64,000 nucleotides of DNA, taken from Terriglobia bacterium (lineage in GTDB: Bacteria; Acidobacteriota; Terriglobia; JAIQFV01). Location: assembly GCA_020073085.1 (NCBI GenBank), contig JAIQFV010000009.1, positions 124,162 to 188,161 of the forward strand, given 5' to 3'. The notes beneath the pieces were generated by a model. It had not been told where the DNA came from. It saw nothing but the letters and a program-made list of their open reading frames with translations, and did no database searches. Positions 8,282 to 19,710 of the stretch are shown in pieces. Within the stretch, counting starts at the first letter, position 1. Each line of letters starts with the position of its first letter. Both the position numbers and the translations under genes were made by a program.

Positions 8282-9469
8282 ATGAGCTCTGACGAACTTG
8301 CGCCCGTCATCATTTCAGGTGTCCGGACGCCCATCGGGCGATTCTTGGGCGGGTTGAAACCGCTCTCGGCAGTCGCGCTGGGCGCCATTGCTGTCAAGGC
8401 GGCAGTAGAGCGGGCGGGATTTGAACCCAAACAAATTGATGAGTGCATCATGGGGAATGTGGTGCAAGCCGGGCTCGGTCAAAATCCAGCACGCCAAGCC
8501 GCCCTCGGCGGCGGGCTGCTCCCCCAGGTCGGGGCCTTTACAGTCAACAAGGTTTGCGGCTCCGGACTGAAAGCGGTGGGACTTGCAGCGCAGGCCATCC
8601 AGTGCGAGGACCAGGAGATCGTCGTTGCGGGCGGGATGGAATCGATGTCCAACGCCCCTTACCTTATCCGCAAGCTTCGCGAGGGCTACCGGCTGGGAAA
8701 CGGTGAGGTCATTGATTCCATGATCCACGATGGGCTGTGGGATGCCTACGAGGACTACCACATGGGATTGACGGGCGAACTCGTCGCAGAAAAACACAAG
8801 GTCTCTCGCGAGGAAATGGACGAGTACGCGCTGAATTCCCATCAAAAGGCGATCCGGGCCATCAAAGAGTGCCATTTCGAATCCCAGGTTGTTCCTGTTG
8901 AAATTGCCTCCAGGAAGGGGACAACGGTCATCAAGGTTGACGAAGGACCGCGCGAAGATTCTTCGTTGGAGGCCCTGCGTGCACTCAAACCCGTATTCAA
9001 GAAGGACGGCACCGTCACTGCCGGCAACGCCCCCGGAATGAACGATGGGGCTGCGGCGCTGGTCGTCACTTCCCGTAAGAAGGCCGACGCGCTCGGCAAA
9101 AAGTCCCTGGCGCACATCGTCGGCCAAGCCACGGCCGGACTCGAACCGAAATGGGTCATGATGACCCCGGTGCCCGCAGTGCAAAAACTCTTGCCCAAGA
9201 TCGGTTGGAAAAAGGAAGATGTCGATCTCTGGGAATTGAACGAGGCGTTCGCGGTGCAATCGGTCGCCGTCGTCCGCGAGCTGGGGCTCGACCCCGAAAA
9301 GGTCAACGTGAATGGCGGAGCAGTGGCCCTGGGTCACCCCATCGGCGCGAGCGGCGCCCGGATCCTGGTGACCTTGCTCCACGAGATGATTCGACGGGAC
9401 TTGCACCGTGGCGTGGCCGCCCTTTGCATGGGCGGTGGCAACGGAATGGCCCTGGCCATCGAACGATGA
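8282..9469 (+). CDS. acetyl-CoA C-acetyltransferase (thiolase II)
   Basis: [36 protein letters not shown] (active-site Cys), and C-terminal [18 protein letters not shown]...CMGGGNGMA thiolase signatures. Confidence 0.9.
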   Translation: MSSDELAPVIISGVRTPIGRFLGGLKPLSAVALGAIAVKAAVERAGFEPKQIDECIMGNVVQAGLGQNPARQAALGGGLLPQVGAFTVNKVCGSGLKAVGLAAQAIQCEDQEIVVAGGMESMSNAPYLIRKLREGYRLGNGEVIDSMIHDGLWDAYEDYHMGLTGELVAEKHKVSREEMDEYALNSHQKAIRAIKECHFESQVVPVEIASRKGTTVIKVDEGPREDSSLEALRALKPVFKKDGTVTAGNAPGMNDGAAALVVTSRKKADALGKKSLAHIVGQATAGLEPKWVMMTPVPAVQKLLPKIGWKKEDVDLWELNEAFAVQSVAVVRELGLDPEKVNVNGGAVALGHPIGASGARILVTLLHEMIRRDLHRGVAALCMGGGNGMALAIER

Positions 9470-9531
9470 AAATGGACTTCTGGCGGCGGTCTTTGGATCT
9501 CCCATTCGGCAAACATAAAGGAGCAATTGAC

Positions 9532-10311
9532 ATGAATATGAATCGTCGGATCCTGGCGGCAAAGCACCTCCTCGGAGTGACGATAGCCGCTCTTTTCCTG
9601 TGTTCAAGTGTCTTGGTTGCTGCGGATGTCAAAGGGGAAATGATCTCTTATAAGAGCGGCAACGAAACGATCAACGGCTATCTCGCCACTCCTTCCGGGG
9701 CCGGCCTTCATCCCGGCCTCGTTGTGATCCAGGAATGGTGGGGCCTGAATGACTGGATCAAGGAACAGGCCCGCAGTTTTGCCGCACAAGGTTATGTGGC
9801 CCTGGCGCCGGACCTGTACCGCGGCAAGGTCGCGACGGAACCGTCCATGGCTCACGAATTGAGCCGGGGCTTGCCCGACGATCGTGCGCTGCGCGACCTG
9901 AAAGCCTCTTTTGACTATCTGCAGTCACGAAAGGATGTCAAGAAATCCGCCATTGGCTCGGTGGGCTGGTGCATGGGCGGCGGACTCTCTCTCAAGCTGG
10001 CTCTCAATCAGCCCGAACTCAGGGCCTGCGTTGTGAACTACGGTGCCCTCCCCTCGGATGCCGCCACCATTGCCAAAATCACAGCCCCCGTGCTGGGAAA
10101 TTTCGGGGCCGAGGATCAGGGCATCCCCCCGGCCGCGGTGAACGCATTCGAAAAGGAGATGAGAACCCAGAAGAAATGGATCGATGTGAAGATTTATGCC
10201 GGTGCGGGCCATGCCTTTGAGAATCCGAATAACACTGCCGGTTACCGCCAGGAGGCCGCCAAAGACGCCTGGGAACGTATGATTAAGTTCCTCAATGAGA
10301 ATCTAAAGTAA
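9532..10311 (+). CDS. dienelactone hydrolase family protein (secreted)
   Basis: Signal peptide [31 protein letters not shown] preceded by AAGGAG. DLH-type core ([42 protein letters not shown] nucleophile elbow). Confidence 0.8.
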   Translation: MNMNRRILAAKHLLGVTIAALFLCSSVLVAADVKGEMISYKSGNETINGYLATPSGAGLHPGLVVIQEWWGLNDWIKEQARSFAAQGYVALAPDLYRGKVATEPSMAHELSRGLPDDRALRDLKASFDYLQSRKDVKKSAIGSVGWCMGGGLSLKLALNQPELRACVVNYGALPSDAATIAKITAPVLGNFGAEDQGIPPAAVNAFEKEMRTQKKWIDVKIYAGAGHAFENPNNTAGYRQEAAKDAWERMIKFLNENLK

Positions 10312-10317
10312 ACGTTC

Positions 10318-10600
10318 CTGAAGAGTCCCAAGTCCAAGGTCCCAAGTCCCAAGTCCAAAGTCCAAGGTCCCAAGTCGAGGGTTCCAAGTTCAGAGTTTCA
10401 AGTTCAAAGTTGAGAGCCCTCGAATCCACATTCAGAGATAATCCTCACCTTGTATCCGACGTCCGGTTCCTGAATTCGGACTTCTGACCTCGGACTTCTG
10501 ACTTCCGGCTCTCGACGTCCAGCACGCGACTTCCGCCCTCCGGCCTCTGGCTTCTCCCTCCCGGCTTCCCCTCCCCTCAACTATTCTCCCTCATTCTCTC
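10318..10600. repeat. low-complexity penta/hexamer-periodic intergenic repeat block with inverted symmetry
   Basis: ccaagtccaaggtcccaagtcc... followed by cggacttctgacctcggacttctgac... and ctccggcctctggcttc. Confidence 0.7.
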
Positions 10601-10668
10601 TTGAACCCTCCTTCCCACGCAGGTATCCTACCCTCGCACGTTCTTCACTCCACTGACCGGAGGCTTTT

Positions 10669-11527
10669 TATGTCACATCCCATTGAGACGATCGGCGTTA
10701 TCGGGGCTGGAACCATGGGAAATGGGATTGCCCAGGTGAGCGCCATCGCAGGGCTGCACGTTGTCCTCAAAGACATCAAAGACGAATTGTTGGACCGCGG
10801 TTTGAAAACCATTGAGAAATCCCTCGCAAAATTCGTTGAGAAAGGAAAGCTGACTTCGGAACAAAGAGCGGCCGCCCTCAAGAACATCGGCACGACGCTG
10901 ACTCCTCAAGCGCTTGCCCGCTGCGATTTTGTCATTGAAGCCGCCAGCGAAAACTATGAAGTCAAGAAGAAGATCCTTGAAGAGATGGACGCCATCTGCC
11001 CCCCGGAGGTGATCTTTGCAACCAATACCTCGTCCATTTCAATCACACGGCTCGCCGCTGAGACCCACCGCCCCGATAAATTCATTGGAATGCACTTTAT
11101 GAATCCGGTTCCTCTGATGGTCCTGGTCGAAATCATTCGCGGGATTGCGACCAGCGATGCCACCTTCGAGGCCACCCAACTGCTTTCGGAGAAGGTCGGA
11201 AAGGTCCCCTGCGAAGTGAACGACTATCCGGGATTTGTGTCCAACCGTGTGCTCATGCCGATGATCAATGAGGCGATATACTGCGTGATGGAAGGCGTGG
11301 GAAAGCCCGAATCGATCGACACCGTCATGAAGCTGGGGATGAACCATCCCATGGGCCCCCTGGCGCTGGCTGACCTGATCGGCCTGGATGTCTGTCTCGA
11401 CATCATGGAGGTGCTTTACAGCGGGTTTGCGGACTCGAAATACCGACCCTGTCCGCTCTTGAAGAAAATGGTCGCCGCCGGGAGGCTGGGGCGAAAAAGC
11501 GGGCAAGGGTTTTATAGTTATTCGTGA
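10669..11527 (+). CDS. hbd: 3-hydroxybutyryl-CoA dehydrogenase (3-hydroxyacyl-CoA dehydrogenase)
   Basis: [19 protein letters not shown]-binding fold and [21 protein letters not shown]. Co-located with the thiolase. Confidence 0.85.
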
Positions 11528-11634
11528 CCCCCGGAAGAGACTGAAGAGACCAACAATTTTGTTGCTTGGGTCGGGCGCGTCCTATATTATTTGATTGTTC
11601 GATCGTTGAACGCTGAGTGTGGGTAGTTTGACTT

Positions 11635-12732
11635 ATGATCCTTTGTCAAAAATGTGCCGCTGTGAACCAATTCGGGCAGGAGTTGTGTACCAAGTGCGGG
11701 ACACGGCTGATGATCACGGCACCGCAGTACGAGCAGGAACGGCCTTCGGTCCAGCCCCTCGAAGAACATCTCCTCGAACGCATTTCGACCTTGGAATATG
11801 AACATACCAAGCTGGGCGAGCGCATCGCTCAACTCACCGAAGTCGTCAACAAGCTGGTTTCGGGAAACTTCTACGATCACAAGATGATCGAAGCCATTTC
11901 CGTGGCGTTGCAGAAGGCGCGCGTCGTGGCGGGAAAGACCCTGGAAAACCTGTGGCGCGAGCGCGTACTCGATTACCGCGAAGAGAGCGCCCGCCGGGAT
12001 CACTTTTCCGCGCGGAAACCGCGGATCCTGCAACTCAGTCCTGAGAAGCATCGCCCCCGCGTCAAGATCAAGCTCAACGAAGCGGAGTCTCTGCTCTTTG
12101 GAGCGAACCACTCCAAGGAAGGCCTGCGATTGCTCAGGGGACTGATGCGCCGGGAACCGGAGAATTATGAGCTGGCTTTCCTCCTGAGTGAATATTTCTA
12201 CTCCATGAATCGCTTTGGCGAGGCGGCGCAGTATCTGAAAAAGGCGTTAACGACCAATCCTCAGCATTTCGACTCCATTCTTCTCTGGGGGGTGATGCTA
12301 ACCAACGGAGGACGTTACGCGGAGGCTGAGGATGTGTTGCGGACAGCGCTGGGATTGCGCGCGGATTCGCACATCGCCCACCTGACCCTGGGCGCGGTGT
12401 GCGCTTCCCAGGGACAACCGCAGAAAGCAAAACATCATCTCTCGAAAGCGGTAGGATTGGCCCCCTCTTCTTCCATGTATTTTACCGCCGGGGAGATTTC
12501 CGCCAACTTTGGTTGGCAAAAAGACGCGATCCACTTCTACAAGAAGGCCATCCAGATCGACCCGACGTTCGATGAGGCCTTCTACAAACTCGGTTTGATC
12601 TATCTCAAGAACCACCGCACGCGCGTCGCTGAGAAGTATTTGAGAACGGCCTATCAACTCAACCCCCAGGAATCGCGTTACCGGGATGCTCTGAAGGCGC
12701 ATTCAAAGCGGCAGGCACGGCAGCAATCGTGA
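11635..12732 (+). CDS. zinc-ribbon + TPR repeat protein
   Basis: N-terminal CQKC...CTKCG zinc ribbon and C-terminal TPR-like repeats (AFYKLGLIYLKNHRTRVAEKYLRTAYQLNP). Confidence 0.6.
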   Translation: MILCQKCAAVNQFGQELCTKCGTRLMITAPQYEQERPSVQPLEEHLLERISTLEYEHTKLGERIAQLTEVVNKLVSGNFYDHKMIEAISVALQKARVVAGKTLENLWRERVLDYREESARRDHFSARKPRILQLSPEKHRPRVKIKLNEAESLLFGANHSKEGLRLLRGLMRREPENYELAFLLSEYFYSMNRFGEAAQYLKKALTTNPQHFDSILLWGVMLTNGGRYAEAEDVLRTALGLRADSHIAHLTLGAVCASQGQPQKAKHHLSKAVGLAPSSSMYFTAGEISANFGWQKDAIHFYKKAIQIDPTFDEAFYKLGLIYLKNHRTRVAEKYLRTAYQLNPQESRYRDALKAHSKRQARQQS

Positions 12733-12862
12733 GTGTTGAGCCGTCAGCAGCTCTCTCCCCAGTTTCCTCCCCAATCCGCCCGAGGCGAACGGACGGGTGA
12801 ACAAAAACTGAAAGGGCGCGGCCACATTCAACCAGACACGATCAGGGTGAGAAGGAGTCATT

Positions 12863-13963
12863 ATGGCAGAGGAGCGAAATGAAGTTCGAGAAAACCGCGA
12901 TCGGGCAATTGAGGTCGCTCTCACTCAAATCGAGAAGCAGTTCGGAAAAGGCTCCATCATGCGCCTGGGAGTGAAAGAGGCGCTGGTGTCAGTCCCCGCC
13001 ATCCCGACCGGATGCCTCTCCTTTGATGCCGCCCTGGGTGTGGGTGGCTTCCCCCGCGGACGCGTCATTGAAGTGTTTGGCCCGGAATCCAGTGGCAAGA
13101 CGACCGTCGCGCTGCACGTGGTCGCGGAAGCTCAGAAACGGGGCGGGATGGCCGCCTTCATCGATGCTGAGCACGCCATGGATGCCAAATACGCAAAGAG
13201 ACTCGGGGTGGATGTTGACAATCTCCTCGTGTCCCAGCCCGACTCCGGGGAACAGGCCCTGGAGATTGCCGAGGTGTTGATTCGCAGCAGCGCGGTGGAC
13301 GTCGTTGTCGTCGATTCCGTCGCCGCCCTGGTTCCCCGGGCCGAACTTGAAGGGGAAATGGGAGATGCCCAGATGGGACTGCAGGCCCGCCTGATGTCAC
13401 AAGCCATGCGGAAGCTCAAGGGGATCGTTTCCAAGTCGAAGACCTGCCTGATTTTCATCAACCAGCTACGGGAAAAGATTGGTGTCATGTTCGGCAACCC
13501 GGAGACCACCACGGGTGGCCGCGCCCTCAAGTTCTATGCCGATATCCGGGTCGATATCCGGCGAGTCGGAGCCATCAAGGACGGCGATAACGTCGTGGGG
13601 AACCGCACCCGCGTCAAGATTGTGAAGAACAAGCTGGCTTCCCCCTTCCGGGAAGCCGAATTTGACATCCTTTACGGCGAAGGCATTTCGCGCGAGGGTG
13701 ACCTGATCGATCTTGCCGTTGAGAAAAACATCCTCGAAAAGAGCGGCGCCTGGTTCTCCTATCAAGGGGAGCGGATGGGCCAGGGACGTGAAAACGTAAA
13801 AGTGTTCCTCAAGGAGAATGCAGACATTACCAGCAAGATCGAAAGCGCCGTGAGGAAGGCCGTCGGCCTGGAGACGAAAACAGAGCCCTCACCCGCGCCG
13901 GCAACCCCGGCCGCCGGAACAGCGGCCGCCGCACCCGCTCGAGGTAAATCGGCGCGTTCTTAG
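12863..13963 (+). CDS. recA: recombinase RecA
   Basis: [18 protein letters not shown], Walker [10 protein letters not shown], and the [29 protein letters not shown] signature. Confidence 0.95.
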   Translation: MAEERNEVRENRDRAIEVALTQIEKQFGKGSIMRLGVKEALVSVPAIPTGCLSFDAALGVGGFPRGRVIEVFGPESSGKTTVALHVVAEAQKRGGMAAFIDAEHAMDAKYAKRLGVDVDNLLVSQPDSGEQALEIAEVLIRSSAVDVVVVDSVAALVPRAELEGEMGDAQMGLQARLMSQAMRKLKGIVSKSKTCLIFINQLREKIGVMFGNPETTTGGRALKFYADIRVDIRRVGAIKDGDNVVGNRTRVKIVKNKLASPFREAEFDILYGEGISREGDLIDLAVEKNILEKSGAWFSYQGERMGQGRENVKVFLKENADITSKIESAVRKAVGLETKTEPSPAPATPAAGTAAAAPARGKSARS

Positions 13964-14148
13964 TCCTGAGCAGCCGCCGGGTTTCACCGGTCCGAGTAAA
14001 AAACCTGACTTTTGTGACCTTAGACACATCACAAGCGCTTGTTTTTGTGTTACATGATTGACCTGACCTTGTGTTATGATTCCGCCGCCTTTGGTGAAGT
14101 TGCGACAGCAAGGCGCCAACGAAAAATGAAGGAGAGGTTCCACGAGCT

Positions 14149-15351
14149 ATGAATCTAAAACTCGCGAGATATTTTTTCGGAGGACTTGTTGCCTTATGCT
14201 TGTTGTTTGAGCCTTTGTTAATGAGCTTCTCTGCAATCCGTACTACCCCTTCCACTTCCCCGACCACGAAACGCAAATCAAAAGCCAAACGTAAAACCTT
14301 GAAAAAGACCTTGGCCTCGACCGCAAAAGCGTCCAAAAAGACGGTTGCCAAGGGCCGCCGGGGCAGGATCCGGATGGTCGACCCAACCATCGGCGACACC
14401 GTGGAGGGTGAGGACCTCGCTGTGCGTCGCGCCTCCGTGGAGGCATTGGGACATATTGATGGCAGTGTGGTCGTGGCGGACCCCTCAAATGGGAGGATTC
14501 TCTCCATTGTGAACCAAAAGCTGGCCCTGACTGCTGCCTATCAGCCTTGCTCAACCTTCAAACTGCTCGTCTCCCTGGCCGGTCTGTCGGAAGGGGTTTT
14601 CAGCAAAGACTCGGAGTTCAAGTGCCCCACCCACCACCGTGGGTATCTCAATCTGACTGATGCGCTGGCGTATTCGTGTAACGAATATTTCCAGAATGTG
14701 GGCGAGCGCCTCGGGTTTGATCGGGTCAAGCGATACGCCCAGCAATTTGGATTCGGTGAGCTTGCCGGCCTCGATATCCAGGGGGAACGGCCCGGATTCT
14801 TCCCCAGTGAGATCGATGAGGAATGGGTCAGAAAGCTTTCCAGCCATGGCCAATTCATTGGGGCGACCCCGTTGGAAATGGCTGCCTTTGTATCCTCCCT
14901 GGCCAACGGCGGCACCCTCTATTACCTGCAATACCCACGCACCCCTGAAGAAATTGCCAGTTTTGAACCTAAAGTAAAGAGACAATTGGACATTTCCAAC
15001 TTGTTGCCGGACCTGAAGGAAGGGATGAGCGGATCGGTGACTTACGGTTCGGGCAAGCACGCCTACGACCCACTGGATCCGGTGTACGGCAAGACCGGCA
15101 GCTGCAGTGGACAGGGAACCCACCTGGGATGGTTTGTTTCCTATGCCGGCGATTCTGAACGCCAGCTCGTCATCGTGGTGTTGACTCGAGGGTCACTCCG
15201 CACGGAAGGACCCTTTGCCGCTGGAGTGGCTGGAAAGATTTATCGAGAACTCTCTCAGCAGAATTATTTCGCAAGACGGGAAGAAAAGTCGAACCCCACG
15301 GGCGTTGCCAACGACAATCTTTCTCCTAATAGCCGCATCAACGAGCGCTGA
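14149..15351 (+). CDS. penicillin-binding-protein transpeptidase / class-D beta-lactamase-fold protein
   Basis: SxxK (STFK), SxN (SCN) and KTG (KTGS) motifs in canonical order. Lys-rich low-complexity N-terminal segment after a signal/TM region. Confidence 0.65.
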   Translation: MNLKLARYFFGGLVALCLLFEPLLMSFSAIRTTPSTSPTTKRKSKAKRKTLKKTLASTAKASKKTVAKGRRGRIRMVDPTIGDTVEGEDLAVRRASVEALGHIDGSVVVADPSNGRILSIVNQKLALTAAYQPCSTFKLLVSLAGLSEGVFSKDSEFKCPTHHRGYLNLTDALAYSCNEYFQNVGERLGFDRVKRYAQQFGFGELAGLDIQGERPGFFPSEIDEEWVRKLSSHGQFIGATPLEMAAFVSSLANGGTLYYLQYPRTPEEIASFEPKVKRQLDISNLLPDLKEGMSGSVTYGSGKHAYDPLDPVYGKTGSCSGQGTHLGWFVSYAGDSERQLVIVVLTRGSLRTEGPFAAGVAGKIYRELSQQNYFARREEKSNPTGVANDNLSPNSRINER

Positions 15352-15713
15352 CGGAGGGTAGTTACAAACCGAATCGAATCAGAAACCGCCCTGAGAATCC
15401 GAGGTGATGAACCCGGGTCTCTCGGGGCGTTTTTGTTTGAAGCGGGGTTTATAAACCAAATTCCCATTCCATGAATCTGGTGACGCCTTTGGAGTGCGCA
15501 AGCTTGCTTGCACTTTGGCCCGGCCGCTTGCTGCGGCGGGGAAAGCCCCCGAAGCGAACTTCGCCCCGTGAAGGCGGCAGCAAGCTGCCGCACTCAAAAG
15601 GAGAAGCCCACAATTCCATGTTTTGGGGAACAGTTTTGCGGGTGTCAAATCCAACAACGAATTCCTCGGAGCCGAGGCTTCCGCTGGCTCACAAGGCCTC
15701 CACCCTGATTTTT

Positions 15714-15983
15714 CTAGGATTTTGGCTTTGCAGGCTCCTGACCTTGATGCTCAGCGCACCACTTTGAATTGATCTCAATGTACTTCTGATGTTGCTCCGG
15801 CAGTTCATCCAGTGGAAAAATGGCCTGGGGCGGGCACACCGGCTGACACGCCCCACAATCGATGCACTCGTCGGGATGAATCACCAACTGCTCTCCGGCA
15901 TCGTAGAAGCACTCCACAGGGCATACGGCCACGCAGGCGGTATCTTTCACCCCAATGCATGGCTCCGCTACAATATACGCCAT
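15714..15983 (-). CDS. fdxA: ferredoxin (7Fe / 2x Cys-cluster type)
   Basis: [27 protein letters not shown]...[12 protein letters not shown]. Confidence 0.85.
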   Translation of the reverse strand: MAYIVAEPCIGVKDTACVAVCPVECFYDAGEQLVIHPDECIDCGACQPVCPPQAIFPLDELPEQHQKYIEINSKWCAEHQGQEPAKPKS

Positions 15984-16109
15984 AGACTCTCTCCTTTGAA
16001 ATTAAGTGGAGCGGGCTATCACACGCTCCCAGAAGCTCCCTCACGCGAAACTGTTAGATTAATTTCGCATCGAGCGGTTGTCAAGCTCTATGACTCAAGT
16101 CACTTGCAG

Positions 16110-16718
16110 CTAAGCGGCCGGACGATGCAGCCTGCTGACCAATCGCCAGCTGCCCGGCAAAAGCATCGCTGCCAGGACGATCTTATAGAGGTCCCCGATT
16201 AAAAATGGCCACATTCCCAATGTGACAGCCTGCCCCCAGTCCACTTGCATCACCCATTTCAGCCAAGGGACACCCACTGCTAAGATGGCGAGGTTACCCG
16301 AAAGGACCATCACTAAAGCGGAACCCAGTCGCTTTCCATAACCCCGGTCGGCCATCCATCCGACAATAGCGGCCGCCGCAACAAATCCCGCCAAATACCC
16401 TCCCGTGGGTCCGAGCAGCCGGGCGAACCCCCAGGTGGCTCCCGGGGCGAATACCGGCAGTCCCGCCAATCCCTGGGCGAGATAGAGCAGTTGAACTGAA
16501 ATTGCCATCCGCATCCCGAGGAGTCCTGAAAGCAGGAGAACCGCCAGGGTCTGGCCCGTCACTGGAACCGGCGTAAATGGCAGCGGCAAGGACAACCGGG
16601 ATGACAGGGCCATCAACCCGCTGCAGCCGAGTACGAGGAGCCCCTTCGTCAGTAAATTGACCTCTGGAAATACAAATTCGAAGAAGTTATTTCGCCGCAA
16701 AGTCAAGGTGGGGGTCAT
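16110..16718 (-). CDS. bioY: biotin transporter BioY (ECF S-component)
   Basis: TPVPVTGQTLAVLLLSGLLG...GPTGGYLAGF is BioY-like. Likely start MTPTLTL inside the longer track ORF. Confidence 0.7.
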   Translation of the reverse strand: MTPTLTLRRNNFFEFVFPEVNLLTKGLLVLGCSGLMALSSRLSLPLPFTPVPVTGQTLAVLLLSGLLGMRMAISVQLLYLAQGLAGLPVFAPGATWGFARLLGPTGGYLAGFVAAAAIVGWMADRGYGKRLGSALVMVLSGNLAILAVGVPWLKWVMQVDWGQAVTLGMWPFLIGDLYKIVLAAMLLPGSWRLVSRLHRPAA

Positions 16719-16955
16719 GAGAACCTCAAAGAATATCGCGAGACTTCGATTATCAACCATCCATTGAGACAAACTCGAAATTTTGCCACTCTGTGGTGAG
16801 CTAGCCCTCTTCACCCTTCAAGGAAGGAATCCGGATGATAGACCGAGGTCCTTGAATTTGCAACGGCTTTTCGGAGAAGCAGATGTCAGTGACCAGTGGC
16901 CAGTGGCTCATCTGAAACTTTGAACCTTGAACTTGGAACTTTGAACTCTTTCCTC

Positions 16956-17816
16956 TTACAAGAAGATCTTCAACGCTGTCTCCCGCAGGATCTTTCTCTT
17001 GGCTTCGACAGATATGGGCAGTTGCTTGAACTGGTCCAGCACAACCTTCATCGATGGGACGCCCGGGCCGGGCCAGTCGCTGCCATAGACCGTCTTGTTC
17101 GCAATTTCTTCAAGGCGTGGAAAATATTCCAGCAACTTCAACGGAGGGATTCCGGATACCTCCAGGAAAACGTTTTCAAACCGGCGCACCAGGAAAAAGG
17201 CTTCGTTCATATAGAGGGGCCGGCCTCCATGGGCAAGCAGGATCTTGAGCCGGGGAAAATCGTTGGCCACATCGTCGATATCCATCGGATTGGAGTATTT
17301 GTTCCGGGCCCCGGGAAAGATGGAAGTTCCCGTATGAATGGTGACGGGGACGCCAAAGGCCTCTGCTTTAGCGTAGATTGTCCGGAGCCTGTCCCCCTCA
17401 CGAGCGTAGTCATTGGCATGCATCAGCTGGTGCGGCGGATGGATTTTAATGGCGCGCACTCCCAGTTTCCCGCAGACATAATCCATCTCCGCGGCAACAT
17501 TCTCGGTGAAGCGCGGATGAACGGAACCGAACGGAATGAGGCGGTCGGGAAAACCCCGGCAATAACTGGCAACCCACTCATTGACCTCCCGGGTGAATCC
17601 CAGCAGATCAGGACTGACATAATTGATCAGACCCGCCTTCTCAATCCCGGCCTCATCCATCAGTTCAATGAATCGGCGGGGCTCACGACAGCAGGCCAGG
17701 GCCTCGTCAAATCCCTTCTGGGTCCGCCGCATGGTCTCGAGCATCTCCGGCTTCAGCATGCGCCAATCGGTGATGTGGACGTGAAGGTCAATAGCGAGTA
17801 AATCCATAATTTTCAA
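16956..17816 (-). CDS. amidohydrolase-2 family metal-dependent hydrolase (TIM barrel)
   Basis: IDLHVHI...HPPHQ...TIHTG...LAHGG metal-ligand pattern. Confidence 0.75.
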   Translation of the reverse strand: MKIMDLLAIDLHVHITDWRMLKPEMLETMRRTQKGFDEALACCREPRRFIELMDEAGIEKAGLINYVSPDLLGFTREVNEWVASYCRGFPDRLIPFGSVHPRFTENVAAEMDYVCGKLGVRAIKIHPPHQLMHANDYAREGDRLRTIYAKAEAFGVPVTIHTGTSIFPGARNKYSNPMDIDDVANDFPRLKILLAHGGRPLYMNEAFFLVRRFENVFLEVSGIPPLKLLEYFPRLEEIANKTVYGSDWPGPGVPSMKVVLDQFKQLPISVEAKRKILRETALKIFL

Positions 17817-17829
17817 CTTCCTTTAACAA

Positions 17830-17995
17830 TCAAAACTCCAAATCCCAATATCCAAAATCCAAATAAATTCCAAATTCCAGTGTCCAAATTCCAAACAAGC
17901 TCCCAGTGCCAAGCGCCAATGAGCCCAGCGAGTTTCTTTCTTGGAATTTGGTCTTTGGAGTTTATTTGGATTTTGGATATTGGAATTTGGGGTTT
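17830..17995. repeat. long inverted repeat of low-complexity sequence (about 50-bp arms)
   Basis: cccaatatccaaaatccaaataaattccaaattcca versus ttggaatttggtctttggagtttatttggattttggatattggaatttgg (reverse-complementary). Confidence 0.8.
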
Positions 17996-18010
17996 TCTTA
18001 TCAAGAGTGC

Positions 18011-18796
18011 TCATTTGCTCGAAAATGCCACGGCCAACCGATCGGCGAGGCGTGGGGCGAGGTGTTGAACGGCAGCGAGGAGCCATCCGGCCCGGGGAAT
18101 GACGATCTCCCTTTTGTGTGTCCAGACCCCCCGAACGACCGCCCGGGCGACGTCGTCAGGCGACAGGGCTCCCGCCGACCAGGACGAGTTTTGAACCGCT
18201 TTGTATTTAATGGCGTTGGGTTGGAACTCCGTCCGGACGCGGCCGGGACATACCGTGAGCACATCCACATGCTTCTCTTTCAACTCCATGCGCAGGGCAT
18301 TCGAAATTGAATTCAATGCGTGTTTGGTGGCGCAATAAGCGCCCATCCACGGAAAATCCACCTTTCCCAAAATCGAAGAGATGTTGACAATGACTCCTCT
18401 CCCCTGTCTCTCGAAATGCGGCATCGCGGATTGAACGGCCCATACCGGGGCCCAGAAATTGAGATTCATGACCTGCTCAAAGTCCTCGGTGGGGACGGTC
18501 GCCAGCGGAGCATAGAGGCCCCGCCCCGCGTTGTTCACCAGCACATCCAGGCGTCTAAAATGTGATGCCGTAGTGTCGACCGCCGCTTTCAAGGCCTCTC
18601 GTTGGGTGATGTCGCACGGCAGCGCAAGGGCCTCCACGCCGAGATCGCGCAGTTGTCCGGACAGCGCAGTCAACCGAGGGGCATCGCGCGCGACGGCAGC
18701 GACGTGGGCCCCTTCCCTTGCGAATTCGATCGCAAGCGCGCGTCCGATCCCGGACGAAGCGCCAGTGATGAATACCACTTTATTCTTAAACTTCAT
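18011..18796 (-). CDS. SDR family NAD(P)-dependent oxidoreductase
   Basis: VVFITGASSGIGRALA, NNAG, and YCATKHAL catalytic YxxxK. Confidence 0.85.
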   Translation of the reverse strand: MKFKNKVVFITGASSGIGRALAIEFAREGAHVAAVARDAPRLTALSGQLRDLGVEALALPCDITQREALKAAVDTTASHFRRLDVLVNNAGRGLYAPLATVPTEDFEQVMNLNFWAPVWAVQSAMPHFERQGRGVIVNISSILGKVDFPWMGAYCATKHALNSISNALRMELKEKHVDVLTVCPGRVRTEFQPNAIKYKAVQNSSWSAGALSPDDVARAVVRGVWTHKREIVIPRAGWLLAAVQHLAPRLADRLAVAFSSK

Positions 18797-19021
18797 CGTA
18801 GGATCTCCTCATCGGATCGCACCACGCGGTTCGTCCGATCCCCGGCTTCCCGGCCCCGGTGGAAGGTTTGCAGACCTCTATCCGCAGCACGAGTGGGAGA
18901 TTGAATGGGGTATCGTATGAAATCTTCAGGGGATTTGAAAGGAAAACCTGTGCACGGCTTCCTGTGAATTTCGCGCCTTCATGCGAGCTCAACAGAGTCG
19001 CCGTGCAGACTGAAATCGGGC

Positions 19022-19417
19022 CTAGCCCTCCACCTCTTTCGGTGAGGTCTGTTTCTTCGCCTTGGGCTTTTTGTTGACAGCGCCGAAGCTGGCAAGGGCC
19101 GCCTCTTCGTTATCAAAAACTTCAAAGACCTTGTCCAGCCGGGTGATCTTCAACACCTCGTACACGCGGGGGTTCGGCTTGAGGAGCTTGAAGGAGCCTC
19201 CCTCCTTGGACACGCCTGCCTGACTGCTGACCAAAAACCCGATCCCCGTGGAATCGACAAAGGGGACCTTGCTCATGTCCACCAGGATATTCCCCATCCC
19301 CATATTGAGGACGTCTTTCACTTTATCCTTCAAATAGACCGATTCGCCGCCCACTATAAACTTTCCCTCCAGCCGCAATACACAAATCTCTCCCACCACC
19401 TGCAAAGTAATCTTCAA
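19022..19417 (-). CDS. STAS domain protein (anti-sigma-factor antagonist-like)
   Basis: 131 aa: VLRLEGKFIVGGESVYLKDKVKDVL...VDMSKVPFVDSTGIGFLV SpoIIAA-like pattern. Confidence 0.7.
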   Translation of the reverse strand: MKITLQVVGEICVLRLEGKFIVGGESVYLKDKVKDVLNMGMGNILVDMSKVPFVDSTGIGFLVSSQAGVSKEGGSFKLLKPNPRVYEVLKITRLDKVFEVFDNEEAALASFGAVNKKPKAKKQTSPKEVEG

Positions 19418-19710
19418 AGGTCGGTCCTCCGAGAAAAATCGTTCAAGACGTCAGACGGGATAACCAAATTACTCTGCCCACCCGTCCCCGGTCAAGTATT
19501 TCCTGCAATAAGACAAGCCCTGCCTCAAGCCCGCCCCGAAAGTCAAGGTGGAATGGCCCCCGGACTCGCCGGAGCACAGGCCGGATACACCTCCCTCCCA
19601 GCGGACTTGCCGGAAGTCACCTCGGGGTTCCATTCCTCAGAGGGGATTTGGGACTCATTGTCGCTCCCCCCTCATTTCTCTCGCCCTCAACTCAAAGGTC
19701 CTTCCGAGTC

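Noticed and set aside
9151-9531. N-terminal extension of the dienelactone hydrolase ORF (and antisense ORFs 8315..9607, 8842..9306)
   Set aside because: The extension overlaps the thiolase gene in another frame. The true start is the Met preceding a clear signal peptide with an AAGGAG RBS at 9532. The antisense ORFs are shadow ORFs of the thiolase.
12740-12862. LexA/SOS box upstream of recA
   Set aside because: Only a non-palindromic tgaacaaaaactgaaag was seen. No convincing GTTC-N7-GTTC or CTGT-N8-ACAG motif.
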